Origin: an uncultured Isosphaeraceae bacterium
Lineage (GTDB): Bacteria > Planctomycetota > Planctomycetia > Isosphaerales > Isosphaeraceae
Direction of reading: 5' to 3'
Length of the DNA: 64,000 nucleotides
Assembly: GCA_963850935.1 (NCBI GenBank)
Contig: CAWKNT010000007.1
Span: forward strand, 153,172 to 217,171
The translations under genes were made by a program, and so were the position numbers. Shown here in pieces: positions 53,655 to 63,975 of this stretch; the first letter of the stretch is position 1, and the number at the start of each line of letters is the position of its first letter. The notes beneath the pieces were generated by a model. It had not been told where the DNA came from. It ran no database searches and saw nothing but the letters and a program-made list of their open reading frames with translations.

Positions 53655-53970
53655 GCTTCAGTCCTGCGGAAATGGTTCAATCAAGTCGACCGGTCGAAGG
53701 GCGGTTTGTCATGCGCCGATCGAAGCCGGTATTCCCCGCGAGCAAAAAGATGTGTGTTCGCATCCCGTCCCTGGGAGCGCGGAGTTTTTACCACATTCGA
53801 CGTGGTCTGACTAGCTCTAATGGACCGCGCGTCATTCGAAAGTGGCCCGTCCACCGTATGAGGAGGGCGCATAAAACGAAGTGTGTCTGAAATAACGACT
53901 TACGTTTCTCGACGCGTCTGGTTTGTGCCTGCAAGACAGCAAAGTGCGTTTCCTGGACGTTGTGGTCTAG

Positions 53971-54560
53971 TCAGAAGTAGCGGGGCCCTCGAATGATGGG
54001 CAACGTTCGTTCTCGACCGTCTTGGCATGAGTTGCACGACTCACTGAAATCGCCGGGCCTACCCATGCTTGGAACTACTCCGTGCCCCGGCCCGAATCTC
54101 ACCGCAAAATTCCAGCAGCGTTTGCTTGAAGAGACCGGGCGCGGATTCCGGCAGGTTTTGATGACCGGCGCCGGAAAGAAAACCAGCTTCCCATGCGACG
54201 AGATCTGGCTAAAGAGAGCCTGAGCCTCGAACGGACGGGCGAGACGATCGGCAGTGCCGGCGAGAATCAGGACCGGCACGTGCCGTGCAGCAAGAGCACG
54301 CTCGGCGAATCGTCGCCGCCGCGCGAAAACCAGGCGCCGAGTTCCTCTCCATCGCTCGTTCTGATGCGGTGGTCTTCGAGTTGTCCCCATGAGACCGGCG
54401 GAATTGGCTCTTCATAACGTGGTCGATGACGATGCGTGAGCCGATAGGCAACTGTTGCGGACGCCGTCAACCACGCAGAAACAAGAATCGCCAGCGCGAT
54501 CGCACCACGCCAAAGCCACTTTCGGAATCCTGCTTGGCGGGATAGATTGCGGGTCGACAT
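53971..54560 (-). CDS. alpha/beta-hydrolase-like protein (short, frameshifted; possibly a degraded gene)
   Basis: N-terminal TM plus ...SPSVLLLHGTC... (ORF 54267..54560) and ...VPVLILAGTADRLARPFEAQALF... (ORF 53971..54390). The catalytic nucleophile region was not identified. Confidence 0.35.
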
Positions 54561-54580
54561 AAACGAATATGCCTCGACTA

Positions 54581-55180
54581 CTAAGGTGTTGATTGCTTAT
54601 TCGAAGCAGAATCCCTTCCCTTTTCTCTGTTCGCCTCCAGCTGCATCCGTAGATAGGATCGCGGCTCGACTTCGGTAAGGCCCAATTCATTCGCCAACGC
54701 CAATACGGCGGCCTGGGCGGAGGGTAGGTCCGTTTCGGTGCCCGCGAGGGTCTCGATCTCGGCGAAGTCGCCCAGGCCTTCGGCTCTGTCGAGCACCACT
54801 TCGAGTCGCCGGCCGTCCCGCGTGAGGTGAAATGGCGTGCGCGACTTCCGGATTGTCGCGACCGGTCGAAAGCCCAAGCACTCAAACAAACGAAATAATT
54901 CGGTGAACGTCTCTTCGCCCGACGTCAGTTCGATCTCAATTTCTTCGCGCGTCTTTGTGGGCCCACCGCGGCGGGGCCCTTTATAGGTGATTCGGTTCTC
55001 TTCCCCGATGCGGCGGATCCGAAATGCTTCGTTTGTGACGGCGAAATCGCGTGCGGGGTGGTTCAAGTAAATGTCCGCCTGAGTGATTGCCTGTTCAGCA
55101 ATGGCTCCGCGCTCGAACAGCGAGGCGATCAAGCGGTCGTGATGGACAAAGCGGTATTTGACTTCCACTTCAAAACCCAT
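54581..55180 (-). CDS. CYTH-domain protein (triphosphate tunnel metalloenzyme / class IV adenylate cyclase-like)
   Basis: MGFEVEVKYRF... (EVEVK motif opening a CYTH domain), ~199 aa. Lies 21 nt upstream of the hydrolase-like gene on the same strand. Confidence 0.65.
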   Translation of the reverse strand: MGFEVEVKYRFVHHDRLIASLFERGAIAEQAITQADIYLNHPARDFAVTNEAFRIRRIGEENRITYKGPRRGGPTKTREEIEIELTSGEETFTELFRLFECLGFRPVATIRKSRTPFHLTRDGRRLEVVLDRAEGLGDFAEIETLAGTETDLPSAQAAVLALANELGLTEVEPRSYLRMQLEANREKGRDSASNKQSTP

Positions 55181-55416
55181 GCAATCGAGAGTAGAGCAGC
55201 GCTGACAGCGTCGTCAACGGCCCCACCCGCCCGCGCAGACTTGCCGAGGGGATTTCTTGCAATATTTTAGCCCCGCAGCGAATAGACTCGCGCTTCGGAG
55301 GGCTGAACCAACCTCCGGCACCCGGATGATCGGGAAAACTGCGAGCGAGCTGAGACTCATCTCGGGTTGTTCCGTTTTGGGCAGCTCTTTCGCGCTGGTT
55401 CACGAGAGGAGTTCAC

Positions 55417-57754
55417 CGTGGGCTCGCCACTTGTAGAGCACGTGGCATCGCTTTTGTCGGCAATTTCGTTCGGCCCGCCTGTGTGGGGGGCATTGCCCGA
55501 ATTACCGGCTGGTTTGGTGTGGGTGGTGGGGGCAGTTCTCTTGGTGATCGCGGCCTGCGAGCTGGCAGGCTTGCGTTACATCGCCAACAACCGCGTAGGG
55601 ATCCTCGAGAAGCTCTGGTCGACGAGGGGGTCTGTCCCTGAAGGCCGGATCATCGCACTTGATGGCGAGGCCGGATTTCAGGCGGAGGTCTTGCGAGGTG
55701 GATTGCATTTCGGATTGTGGCGGTGGCAGTATCGCATCCACAAGGCGCCCTTGGTCTCAGTACCCCAGGGTAAAATCGGCTACATCTACGCTCGCGACGG
55801 CGAGGCACTCTTGCCCAGCCAGACGCTGGGACAGATTGTGCCGTGCAATAACTTCCAGGACGCCCGTCGCTTCTTGGGCGGCGAACCAACGAGCCCCGAG
55901 CACGATCCGGTCGTCGGACAGAGAGGCCGTCAGCGAGCCATCCTGCGTGAAGGTGTGTACGCGATCAATATCGCGCTCTTCACAGTCATGACCGAAGACA
56001 CGGTCTACCGCCTCGAGGCCGGTGGCGCCAAGGAGCTCAAGGCCCTGGTCAACTGGCAGAATGAGCTGTCCCAGAACGAAGGGTTCAATCCCGTGATCAT
56101 CGGCGGTCCGATCGAGGCCACCGACCCGCTGAATCCTGACAAGAAGACAATTGTCGACAGCATCGGCATCGTGACCGTGCACGATGGTCCCTCGCTTCCG
56201 CCCGGTGAGATTATCGCGCCAGCGGTCGGCGTAGATCGCAACGACAAAGACTTTCACAACAACTTCCAGGATCCTGAGGCGTTTCTTCGAGCCGGCGGCC
56301 GCCGCGGCTTGCAGTATGTGCCCTTGACCGACGGCACCTATTTCATCAACCGTTGGTTTGCCAGCATCGAATCGATCCCCAAGACAATCGTCCCGATCGG
56401 CTATGTTGGTGTGGTGGTCAGCTATTACGGACGGAGCGGACAAGACCTTTCTGGCCAAGGATTCCGGCACGGCGAACGGGTCGCCGAAGGAGAGCGCGGC
56501 GTCCAGGAAAAACCGTTCGGGCCGGGCAAGTACGCGTTCAATACGTATGCCGGCAACATCGTCGTTGTGCCGACCACCAACTTTGTCTTGCACTGGGTGA
56601 CCGGGCGGACCGAGGCGCATCGTTACGACGAGAGCCTGCGCTCGATTGACCTGGTTACCAAAGATGCTTATGAGCCGACCTTGCCGCTCTCGGTCGTCGT
56701 CCACATCGACTATCAAAAGGCCCCGAACGTCATCCAGCGATTCGGCGATGTCAAGAAACTGATCACGCAGACGCTCGATCCGATGCTAAGCGCCTACTTC
56801 CGCGACGTCGCGCATAAGAGGACGATGCTCGAATTGTTGCAAGATCGCGACGCGATCCAGAACGAATCCAGCAACGAGTTGGGCCGCAAGTTTCATAACT
56901 TCGACATCGAATGCGTCGACGTCTTGATCGGTAAGCCCGACACGCAGCAGGCCGGCGGAAAAATCGAGACGCTCCTCGAACAGTTGCGGTTGCGACAGCT
57001 CTCGCTCGAGCAGGTCGAGACCTACTCGAAGCAAGTCACCGCCGCCCAAAACCTGCGCATACTGAACGAGGCCCAAGCCCAGGCGCAGATGCAAACGCAA
57101 CTGTCGAACTCGCTGGTGCAGATCAAAATCGCCGAAAACGAGGCCGAGGCTCAGTTGGCAAGGGCTCGTAAACAGGCTGAGCAATTGGTCGTGACGGCCG
57201 AAGCCGAAAGCCAGCAACGCATTCTGGCCGGTCGCGGCGAGGGCGCGCGTATTCTCCAGGAGGGTTTTTCCGAAGCCTCGGTCTTGCTCCGCAAGATCGG
57301 CTCATTCTCCGACCCGCGTTTGTACGCCCTGACGATAGCCGCTCAAAACCTTGCCAGATGCAGCCAGCCCCTGGTCCCCGAGCGGGTTTTCATCTCGGCC
57401 GGTGGCGGGACCGGAACTGGGGCCGGAGATGGTCAGGCAGGTGCTGGCATGGGTGCGATCGCGAGCAACGGGGTCTTTGGTCTCTTGCTCAACATGCTGG
57501 TGGCCGAAAAGTCAGGGTTCAATCTCGTCGATCAGCCAACCCCGCCTGATTTGCACGATTTCACCGAAACGATCGCTAAGCACGCCATGGAAGCCATCCA
57601 GCAAGCCGTTGCCGCTAACGCCGCCGCGCCGCCGGCCGTTCGGCAGGGCAACGGGAATGGCGTCGGATCGGCCCTCACGGCTAGCCCGGTAATTCCTGCT
57701 GTCTCCCCGGTCTCCCCGCGTGAAGCGGCGGATTCAAAAGGAAAACGGAACTAG
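55417..57754 (+). CDS. flotillin-like SPFH/band-7 domain protein with long C-terminal coiled-coil and Gly/Ala-rich tail
   Basis: GTG start with GAGGAG 7 nt upstream. N-terminal TM, SPFH core and an extended QAQAQMQTQL...AEAQLARARKQAEQL... coiled coil. The 2.3-kb frame is uninterrupted. Confidence 0.7.
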
Positions 57755-58459
57755 GACGGCGTTCCTTCGGGCGGCGCGGGAGCGGGCCCAGACGGTGTTT
57801 AGGGGTCTTTCTCGATCGCCTCGTTCCGTTTCAACGACTGATCGTCGAACGGGCCGTTGGCGTCGCCAATGAACTCGAAGGAGCGGCGGGTTCTGGGCCG
57901 GAAGGACAGGCGGAAGGAGGCGCATCCTGCGTCCAGTGACGACGCTAAGATCGATCGCATTGGACAACCGCCCCCGCAGCACGAGATGATGTCTCATGGT
58001 CAGATAAGCGAGTTAGGATCGTTTGCGGCATCTGCCAATCCGGAGGTGCTGGCGCACGCAATGTATGTCCTCCTTTCTCCGCCTTGGTAGTCAATCCGGC
58101 GGAGATCCCGCCCATGCCCCGGATTCGGTGCATCAACTAATCGAGATCCAAAACGACCCGCGCCTCCGCGTTTGCCGGGATCGATCAGCCAAGCCGGCCC
58201 TAACCAGGGCGGAAATGATTCCGACGCGATTGACGAAATAGGCGCGGCGGTTTGGGTCTGGTTAGCAACCGACGTTGGACTTTGCGAGCTGTTGACTGCC
58301 TTGCGAGAATTCTCCGAGAATTCACGTCTGGGCGGAAATGAGCCAGAGCGCGGGTTCATCGCGGCAATTTCGGCCGATCGTGGCGATTGAACGACGACCA
58401 TGATGTTCGCTGATGCGGTTGGCGTTGCCCATCGTTGCGGTATCATCTATAATACCGGA

Positions 58460-58891
58460 ATGGAGCCGTACCAGGTTGTACTGGATACGAACGTAGTCTT
58501 CTCGGCGTTACTCTCAAATCAAGGCGCTTCCCACAAGCTGCTTTCGCTAGTGGGAGCGTCTGATCGGTTTCAGATCAATCTATCAGTACCTTTGGTACTG
58601 GAATATGAGGATGTCCTAAAGCGTGAGTCCGACAAACTTGGACTCTCTCACCAGGAGATTGACGATGTTCTCGATTATCTCTGTTCGGTCGCGCAGCGTC
58701 GTCGAATTTTCTTCCTGTGGCGAACCGTCTTGCGTGATCCCAAGGACGAGTTCGTGCTGGAGTTAGCCGTCGAGGGCGGCTGCGACTTCATCATCACTTA
58801 TAATAAGCGTGACTTCTCTGGAGCCGAACGATTCGGTCTGCAGACGATGACCCCGCACGGTTTTCTCCGGTTGATCGAGGTCTTGACATGA
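58460..58891 (+). CDS. PIN-domain toxin (type II TA)
   Basis: MEPYQVVLDTNVVFSALLS...LRDPKDEFVLELAVEGGCDFIITYNKRDF; PIN acidic residues are present. The 3' end overlaps the antitoxin start (ATGA). Confidence 0.7.
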   Translation: MEPYQVVLDTNVVFSALLSNQGASHKLLSLVGASDRFQINLSVPLVLEYEDVLKRESDKLGLSHQEIDDVLDYLCSVAQRRRIFFLWRTVLRDPKDEFVLELAVEGGCDFIITYNKRDFSGAERFGLQTMTPHGFLRLIEVLT

Positions 58892-59127
58892 GTACACTCA
58901 GTTTGCGCCTTCCCGAATCACTGCACAAGCAGGTTCGCGTTCTCGCCGCGAGAGAAGGCATCTCGATCAATCAATTCGTCGCGACGGCCGTGGCGGAGAA
59001 AATGGCGGCACTCTTAACAGAGGAATACCTGGAAGGACGAGCCAAACGAGGGAGCCGTGAGGGGTTCGAGCGTGCAATGGCCAAGGTCAAGAACCGAGCC
59101 CCCGACCCGCACGATCAGATTCCGTGA
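58888..59127 (+). CDS. ribbon-helix-helix/HicB-like antitoxin
   Basis: MSTLSLRLPESLHKQVRVLAAREGISINQFVATAVAEKMA... (RHH-type DNA-binding antitoxin C-terminus). Translationally coupled to the PIN gene. Confidence 0.6.
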   Translation: MSTLSLRLPESLHKQVRVLAAREGISINQFVATAVAEKMAALLTEEYLEGRAKRGSREGFERAMAKVKNRAPDPHDQIP

Positions 59128-59159
59128 ATTTGCCGCAAGGGACCTTTTCATTCGCGGTG

Positions 59160-59927
59160 TCCCTTGATTTTTGGTCTTCGATCGTGTCAATTGCCGCGAA
59201 GACTTTGTGCGTTTCGCTTTATGCTGATGGACGCCGACGTCTGGTGAACTCGCCCGTTTCAGGATATCAGCCAGATCGTTGGATAATTCGGGTGATGCTT
59301 TCAGCCGCCTTTCGATCCGACGCGTAAGGTTGGGGACGCTGTCGGGACGCGAAAGTCCCAACGGGGCGGCGAGCTCGCGTAGCGACGCCTCGGTGTGCCG
59401 GCGGCAGAGCCACGCCGCGACCGCTCGCGCCAAATGGGGGTCGTGACGCCGCGACAGTGCCACGTCGTCCAACCCGTAAAAAGACGTGACGGCTGCGAAG
59501 ATCCGCTTCGGGTCGAGGCCGGAGAGCTGTCGTGCCTCGGCGACCGGTGGATGGGACTGTATCGAACTGGCGAGACTTCGACGGTCCAGTCATAGCTCTC
59601 ATCCTCGATCATCTCAGCGCGGTACCGCCCTTGGAACAGGTGGCCCAGTCGCCGCCAACGTCGCCCCGCCCAGATCGCATAGCCTGAAAGAAAGCTCTGC
59701 ATCCCCGCACCGAGATTCGGGCGCGGGGTCTTGACCATGAGATGAAGGTGATTTCCCATGACGACGTAACAAAGCAAATCCCAGCCGTGCCGGACGACGG
59801 ATTGCTCGAGCCCATCGATCAGCCGGAGTCAATCCGCGTCATCGCGAACGATCTTCTGGCGGGCATTCCCCGGCGTCATCACGTGATAAATGGCGCCTTC
59901 GAACTCGAGTCGCAGTCTTCGTGGCAT
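59160..59927 (-). mobile_element. IS200/IS605-like Y1 tyrosine transposase (RAYT-like) fused to a C-terminal DnaA-domain-IV-like HTH; at least 1 frameshift
   Basis: N-terminus MPRRLRLEFEGAIYHVMTPGNARQKIVRDD (ATG complement at 59925-59927), then ...LLCYVVMGNHLHLMVKTPRPNLGAGMQSFLSGYAIWAGRRWRRLGHLFQGRYRAEMIEDESY (HuH and Y1 motifs). ORF 59014..59472 reads ...ARAVAAWLCRRHTEASLRELAAPLGLSRPDSVPNLTRRIERRLKASPELSNDLADILK, resembling the DnaA C-terminal HTH. 3' end approximate. Confidence 0.6.
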
Positions 59928-59939
59928 TTCGAGAGGTTA

Positions 59940-60320
59940 AAGGTCAGGAAACCAGCCGCCAAGCGAAAAACCAAAAACCAAGGCTGACACCGCGAAGCCG
60001 CCAGACACCGCGAAGCCGCCAAGGCTGACACCGCGAAGCCGCCAGGAAACCAGCCGCCAAGCGAAAAACCAAAAACCAAGGCTGACACCGCGAACCAAGC
60101 GAAAAACCAAAAACCAAGGCTGACACCGCGAAGCCGCCAAGGCTGACACCGCGAAGCCGCCAAGGCTGACACCGCGAAGCCGCCAGACACCGCGAAGCCG
60201 CCATGAAGGCTGACACCGCGAAGCCGCCATGACACCGCGAAGCCGCCACGGCTGACACCGCGAAGCCGCCAAGGCTGACACCGCGAAGCCGCCAGACACC
60301 GCGAAGCCGCCAACGCCTCG
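59940..60320. repeat. ~380-bp nested tandem-repeat (minisatellite) array: 23-nt unit GGCTGACACCGCGAAGCCGCCAA and truncated variants, inside a ~100-nt higher-order unit
   Basis: Directly visible: at least 12 copies of gacaccgcgaagccgcca with alternating connectors (agg/aga/atga/acg) and two copies of gaaaccagccgccaagcgaaaaaccaaaaaccaaggct. No unique spacers. Immediately adjacent to the Y1 transposase start. Confidence 0.85.
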
Positions 60321-60643
60321 GTATGCGGTGCCCGGTGAACCTTGCCGGCTGTCCGGCCCGCTGACGCGACAACTTGATGACGTCGGATTGTCGCCGCCCG
60401 ATTGCCTCGCTGTAACGCGAGAGTGGGGCCCTGGTCGAGCATATCTCAGCACAAGTCGTCGAACCACGTCACGAGTGCAATATCGAGCGCGGCCAGGTCC
60501 GCTTGAGCCGCGCCGTCGCTCGCTTCAGTGCCTCACCGCGCAGTGCGCCCTCGCTCGAATGAACCACCCAGCCGCATGGAGAAGCGGCGACGTCCTTCGA
60601 CCGCAAGCATGTCCTTGCAACTTTTGCAACTCGTCCCAGATCA

Positions 60644-60907
60644 TTACAAGCGATGTCGGACCAAGCGGATTAATTGAAATAAGGAAATTCCCACGATGGC
60701 GGCCCAAACTGATTGGAGCGACCAAGCCACAGCGGCCGCGATGCCAATGATGATCGCCGGGCCAAATACTCCGAACAGCAACACCCACGTAGGTCTGTCA
60801 CGCCGGAACGTCGGCGGGAAATAATATCTCCGAATTGCAATAAAAACACTTGGCACGAACAGGACTAGGACGAATACAACCGTTGGCCACAACTGCGTCT
60901 TACTCAT
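60644..60907 (-). CDS. hypothetical small membrane protein (2 TM)
   Basis: MSKTQLWPTVVFVLVLFVPSVFIAIRRYYFPPTFRRDRPTWVLLFGVFGPAIIIGIAAAVAWSLQSVWAAIVGISLFQLIRL. Confidence 0.3.
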   Translation of the reverse strand: MSKTQLWPTVVFVLVLFVPSVFIAIRRYYFPPTFRRDRPTWVLLFGVFGPAIIIGIAAAVAWSLQSVWAAIVGISLFQLIRLVRHRL

Positions 60908-61116
60908 GTGCGCACACTCTCGCCTATTAGAGTCGAGATGCTTTCCGCTAGCACGGCGGCGGCGGCGGCGGTGGACAGGGGATCTCCCTCGCGACAAGAA
61001 CGCAGACTAGAGTACACGTAGCCGTTCACGCCCCTGAATAGATCCTGTTCGGGCGGAGTACGCGAGCGCGCCTTCGGGGTTGCCTGAGTTACTGTAGTAG
61101 CGCGGCTTCGCGTCGA

Positions 61117-62520
61117 TCAACTGGTGTTGGGGACTATCGTGGGAGCTGGTTCGCCATGGAAGCTGGCACGGACGGCTTCGAGGAGGAAATCAAAAATCGA
61201 GCGACCTTGCTGGGTGCAAGTGGCGATGATCGTCCAGATCCGCTCGAGCCAGCGCTGGCCAGTTTCACTTCGCGAGCCTTGGGTTATGTGTCGGTCGATG
61301 ACCACGAAGCGAATCGCTTGCTCGGCCAAATTGTTGGTCGGCTCGATGCCCGGCGTTGTTATAAACCTGATGTAACTCGCACCGTGTTTCTTGAAGCGAC
61401 GGGCGAGATTTGCCGCCTCCGATGTACTGGGCACGCCCTTGACGGCTGTTCGACACAACGCCTTGCCAAGGAGTTCCAGCGTGGCTGCGAACGTCTGGGG
61501 TTTGGTGAGGTCGCGGCGATGGATCACATCGAACAACGTACGCACAGCTTCCAGAACTCGACGACCGTACGACTGATTCTTGGGATTGGGATGCTCGGCC
61601 AAGAACTTCAGATCTCGGATGAGGTGGGCCAAACAGAACTGCACCAGCACTCCGCAGTCGCCCATGTACTTGCGGTAGGCACTGAAGTAGTCACATCCCA
61701 GGACGCCGTCAAATTCTCGGCCCAGAACCTCGATCAAGACCTCGGAGCCCCGCGACGGTGCGATCTTGAACATGGTAAAGAGAGGGGCTCGGAAACACCA
61801 AGTCCACATGCGCTTGCCGCAGTCTTTGTGCCCGGTCTCGTCCACATTCAGAAACGACTCGTCCGGGAGGATGCCCAACAGCAGTTCGTATGTCTCCTTC
61901 ATGCTCCCGCTCACCTTGGCGATGAGCTTAGCAAGTTGCCCACGACTGATGGTCACGCAGGCGACGTCACGCAAGAACTTGCGAATGGTGGAGAATGAGC
62001 AGTGGCAAACACCTTTGAGATAGGCCACCAACGTACTCAGACGCGGTCCGACAAGACCCGCCCGGACCACCGGTTCATCGATTGGGGCAAAGTGCGTTTT
62101 CTTACAGTGAGGGCAGTAGCAAGCCATGCCGCGGTGCTCGCTGATCTCGATCGGACGCGGGATGATTTCGACCTGCTGGATGATCCGAGGCAGTTCGTCG
62201 CTCACCTCGACGTGGCCACCGCAATCAGGGCAAGCCGTCCAGGAATACTCCCACGCCTTGTCGATGTCGTCGAGGGAAAAGGGAGGTCGCTGGTGACGCG
62301 GGTGTCCCGGTTGCGCTCCTTGCTTGCGCTTACCTTTTCCCTTGGGGGCAGGCTTTGGCGGCTTGACGATATCGCTGGAAGGAGGTTTGGACGAGGTCGA
62401 CGAATTCTTCTTCGCACGGGCGAGCTCGGCTTCAAGCTTTTCCAGGCGCGCGGTGAGCTCGGCGATCTTCTTTTCGAGCTCAGCACATCGTGGGCAGCCG
62501 CCCGGTTGGGGATCGTCCAT
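61117..62520 (-). mobile_element. IS66-family transposase (TnpC-type, 467 aa), intact
   Basis: N-terminal leucine zipper CPRCAELEKKIAELTARLEKLEAEL, zinc-finger CPDCGG, ...FLNVDETGH..., ...GVLGCDYFSAYRKY..., ...QFCLAHLIRD..., ...TNNLAEQAIRFVVIDRHITQGSRS... are IS66 hallmarks. No internal frame disruption. Confidence 0.85.
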
Positions 62521-63064
62521 GATGAGGACAAGCTATCGGCTGACGCCAAATCAGCCAAGAGCAGTTCTGGCGGCCGTGAACGGCTACGAAAAAGATCCTT
62601 TCGTCGCTGAGATCTTCGCGTTCCCCGTCCGAGAACTCGTGTGATAACGATGACGTCCGTGTGCGGCGGCCGGCTAGCCTGGCAAGTCGAAAACGATCGC
62701 GCTTGGCGGTCCGGATCTGTTTCAATTTTGCCGCGACCTTGTCGGCGATGATTCGGCGCACGATCCTCAGCACGCCACTTTCGTCATCGATATTGCCGAT
62801 CTTGCCTTCAAGGACATCCTGAAGAGCTGTTCGGGAGGCGCTTTGCATCAGATCAGCCGGCTCATATTCCACTTCCGGCACGCGTTGCCGACGAAGCCGT
62901 CTCTTCGCGAATGTCGTCGGCGCTCGCGGTTTCGTTCGAGGATTTCGGTGATCGCTTTGAAGCGATGCTCGACGGATAACCGATTCAATCGCCGAAATTG
63001 GTCTGCGGGATCGAAATCCATGGGTTGCCGTCCCAACACCACGCTCGCTCGCGAACGTCGACAC
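62480..63064 (-). CDS. hypothetical ORF upstream-overlapping the IS66 transposase (possible degenerate IS66 accessory gene)
   Basis: ORF 62480..63064 ends 40 nt inside the transposase start, the same geometry as tnpB/tnpC coupling. Similarity to IS66 Orf2 is weak (…IFFVAVHGRQNCSWLIW…). Confidence 0.2.
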   Translation of the reverse strand: MSTFASERGVGTATHGFRSRRPISAIESVIRRASLQSDHRNPRTKPRAPTTFAKRRLRRQRVPEVEYEPADLMQSASRTALQDVLEGKIGNIDDESGVLRIVRRIIADKVAAKLKQIRTAKRDRFRLARLAGRRTRTSSLSHEFSDGEREDLSDERIFFVAVHGRQNCSWLIWRQPIACPHHGRSPTGRLPTMC

Positions 63065-63255
63065 TCCGTTGCCCAGGTCCGTGTGTCGAGCGTATTCGGT
63101 GAACAGAAGATGTGGCTGAAAACAACTCTAAACGAAGTGCGTCTCTTATAGATGCATAATCGCGCTGATCAAGAGGCTAGTTCCGACGGCCGAAGTGGCC
63201 GGCGCAGGTCGTTTTCGAGCTCGAACGGCGCACAGCCCGGCTGCGGGGGGAACCC

Positions 63256-63975
63256 TCACATCTCGACGGGCCAATCGTTGCCGAGCGACTCGCGCTGAAG
63301 GTCTGTCAACTGACTGATCCCCTGGTCGGCCAGTCCCATGAGCGTATCGAGCTGCTCCCGTGAGAAGGTTCCCCCTTCTCCTGTTCCCTGCACTTCGACC
63401 AGGCCACCCTTCCCCAGGCGGACGACGTTGAAGTCGACCTCAGCGGTTGAGTCTTCGCGATAGTCGAGATCGAGGACGGGCTCTCCCGCAACAATGCCAG
63501 CGCTGACGGCTGCCACGCTGTCTTTCAGAATCGTACGGCACAGTTCGGCGCCAAATCGGCATCGGACCGCATCGACAACGGCGACGAACGCCGCGGTGAT
63601 TGCGGCGGTGCGTGTGCCGCCGTCGGCGTTGAAAACATCGGCATCGATGTGGATCGTCCACGGGCCGAGCACCTGGCGATCGACGACGGCACGCAGGCTG
63701 CGGCCCAGCAGGCGCTGAATTTCGGTGGCGCGGCCGTCGGTGCCGCGGCGAATCCTCGTGGGCGTGCTTCCGGGGAGCATGGAGTATTCGGCCGTCAGCC
63801 AGCCGATCGATTTGCCCTCGAGAAACGGCGGCACACTGTCCGAAATGCTGGCGGTCACCAGCACTGCCGTCTCGCCCGAGCGGTACAATACACTGCCAGG
63901 ACTGTTACGAACAAACCCCCGCTCGATCGTCACTGGCCGAAGCTGGTCGTTTTGGCGACGGTGCGATCGGGTCAT
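63256..63975 (-). CDS. rph: ribonuclease PH
   Basis: MTRSHRRQNDQLRPVTIERGFVRNSPGSVLYRSGETAVLVTASI...GTRTAAITAAFVAV... matches the RNase PH consensus over its full length. Confidence 0.85.
   Translation of the reverse strand: MTRSHRRQNDQLRPVTIERGFVRNSPGSVLYRSGETAVLVTASISDSVPPFLEGKSIGWLTAEYSMLPGSTPTRIRRGTDGRATEIQRLLGRSLRAVVDRQVLGPWTIHIDADVFNADGGTRTAAITAAFVAVVDAVRCRFGAELCRTILKDSVAAVSAGIVAGEPVLDLDYREDSTAEVDFNVVRLGKGGLVEVQGTGEGGTFSREQLDTLMGLADQGISQLTDLQRESLGNDWPVEM

Noticed and set aside
55757-56716. 319-aa minus-strand ORF
   Set aside because: Antisense to the uninterrupted flotillin/SPFH gene.
59940-60320. Repetitive array initially considered as a CRISPR locus
   Set aside because: Units are directly abutting and nested, with no unique spacer-length intervening sequences. 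No cas genes in the window. It is a minisatellite-type tandem repeat.
61156-61998. 280-aa plus-strand ORF
   Set aside because: Antisense to the IS66 transposase, which has strong family motifs.
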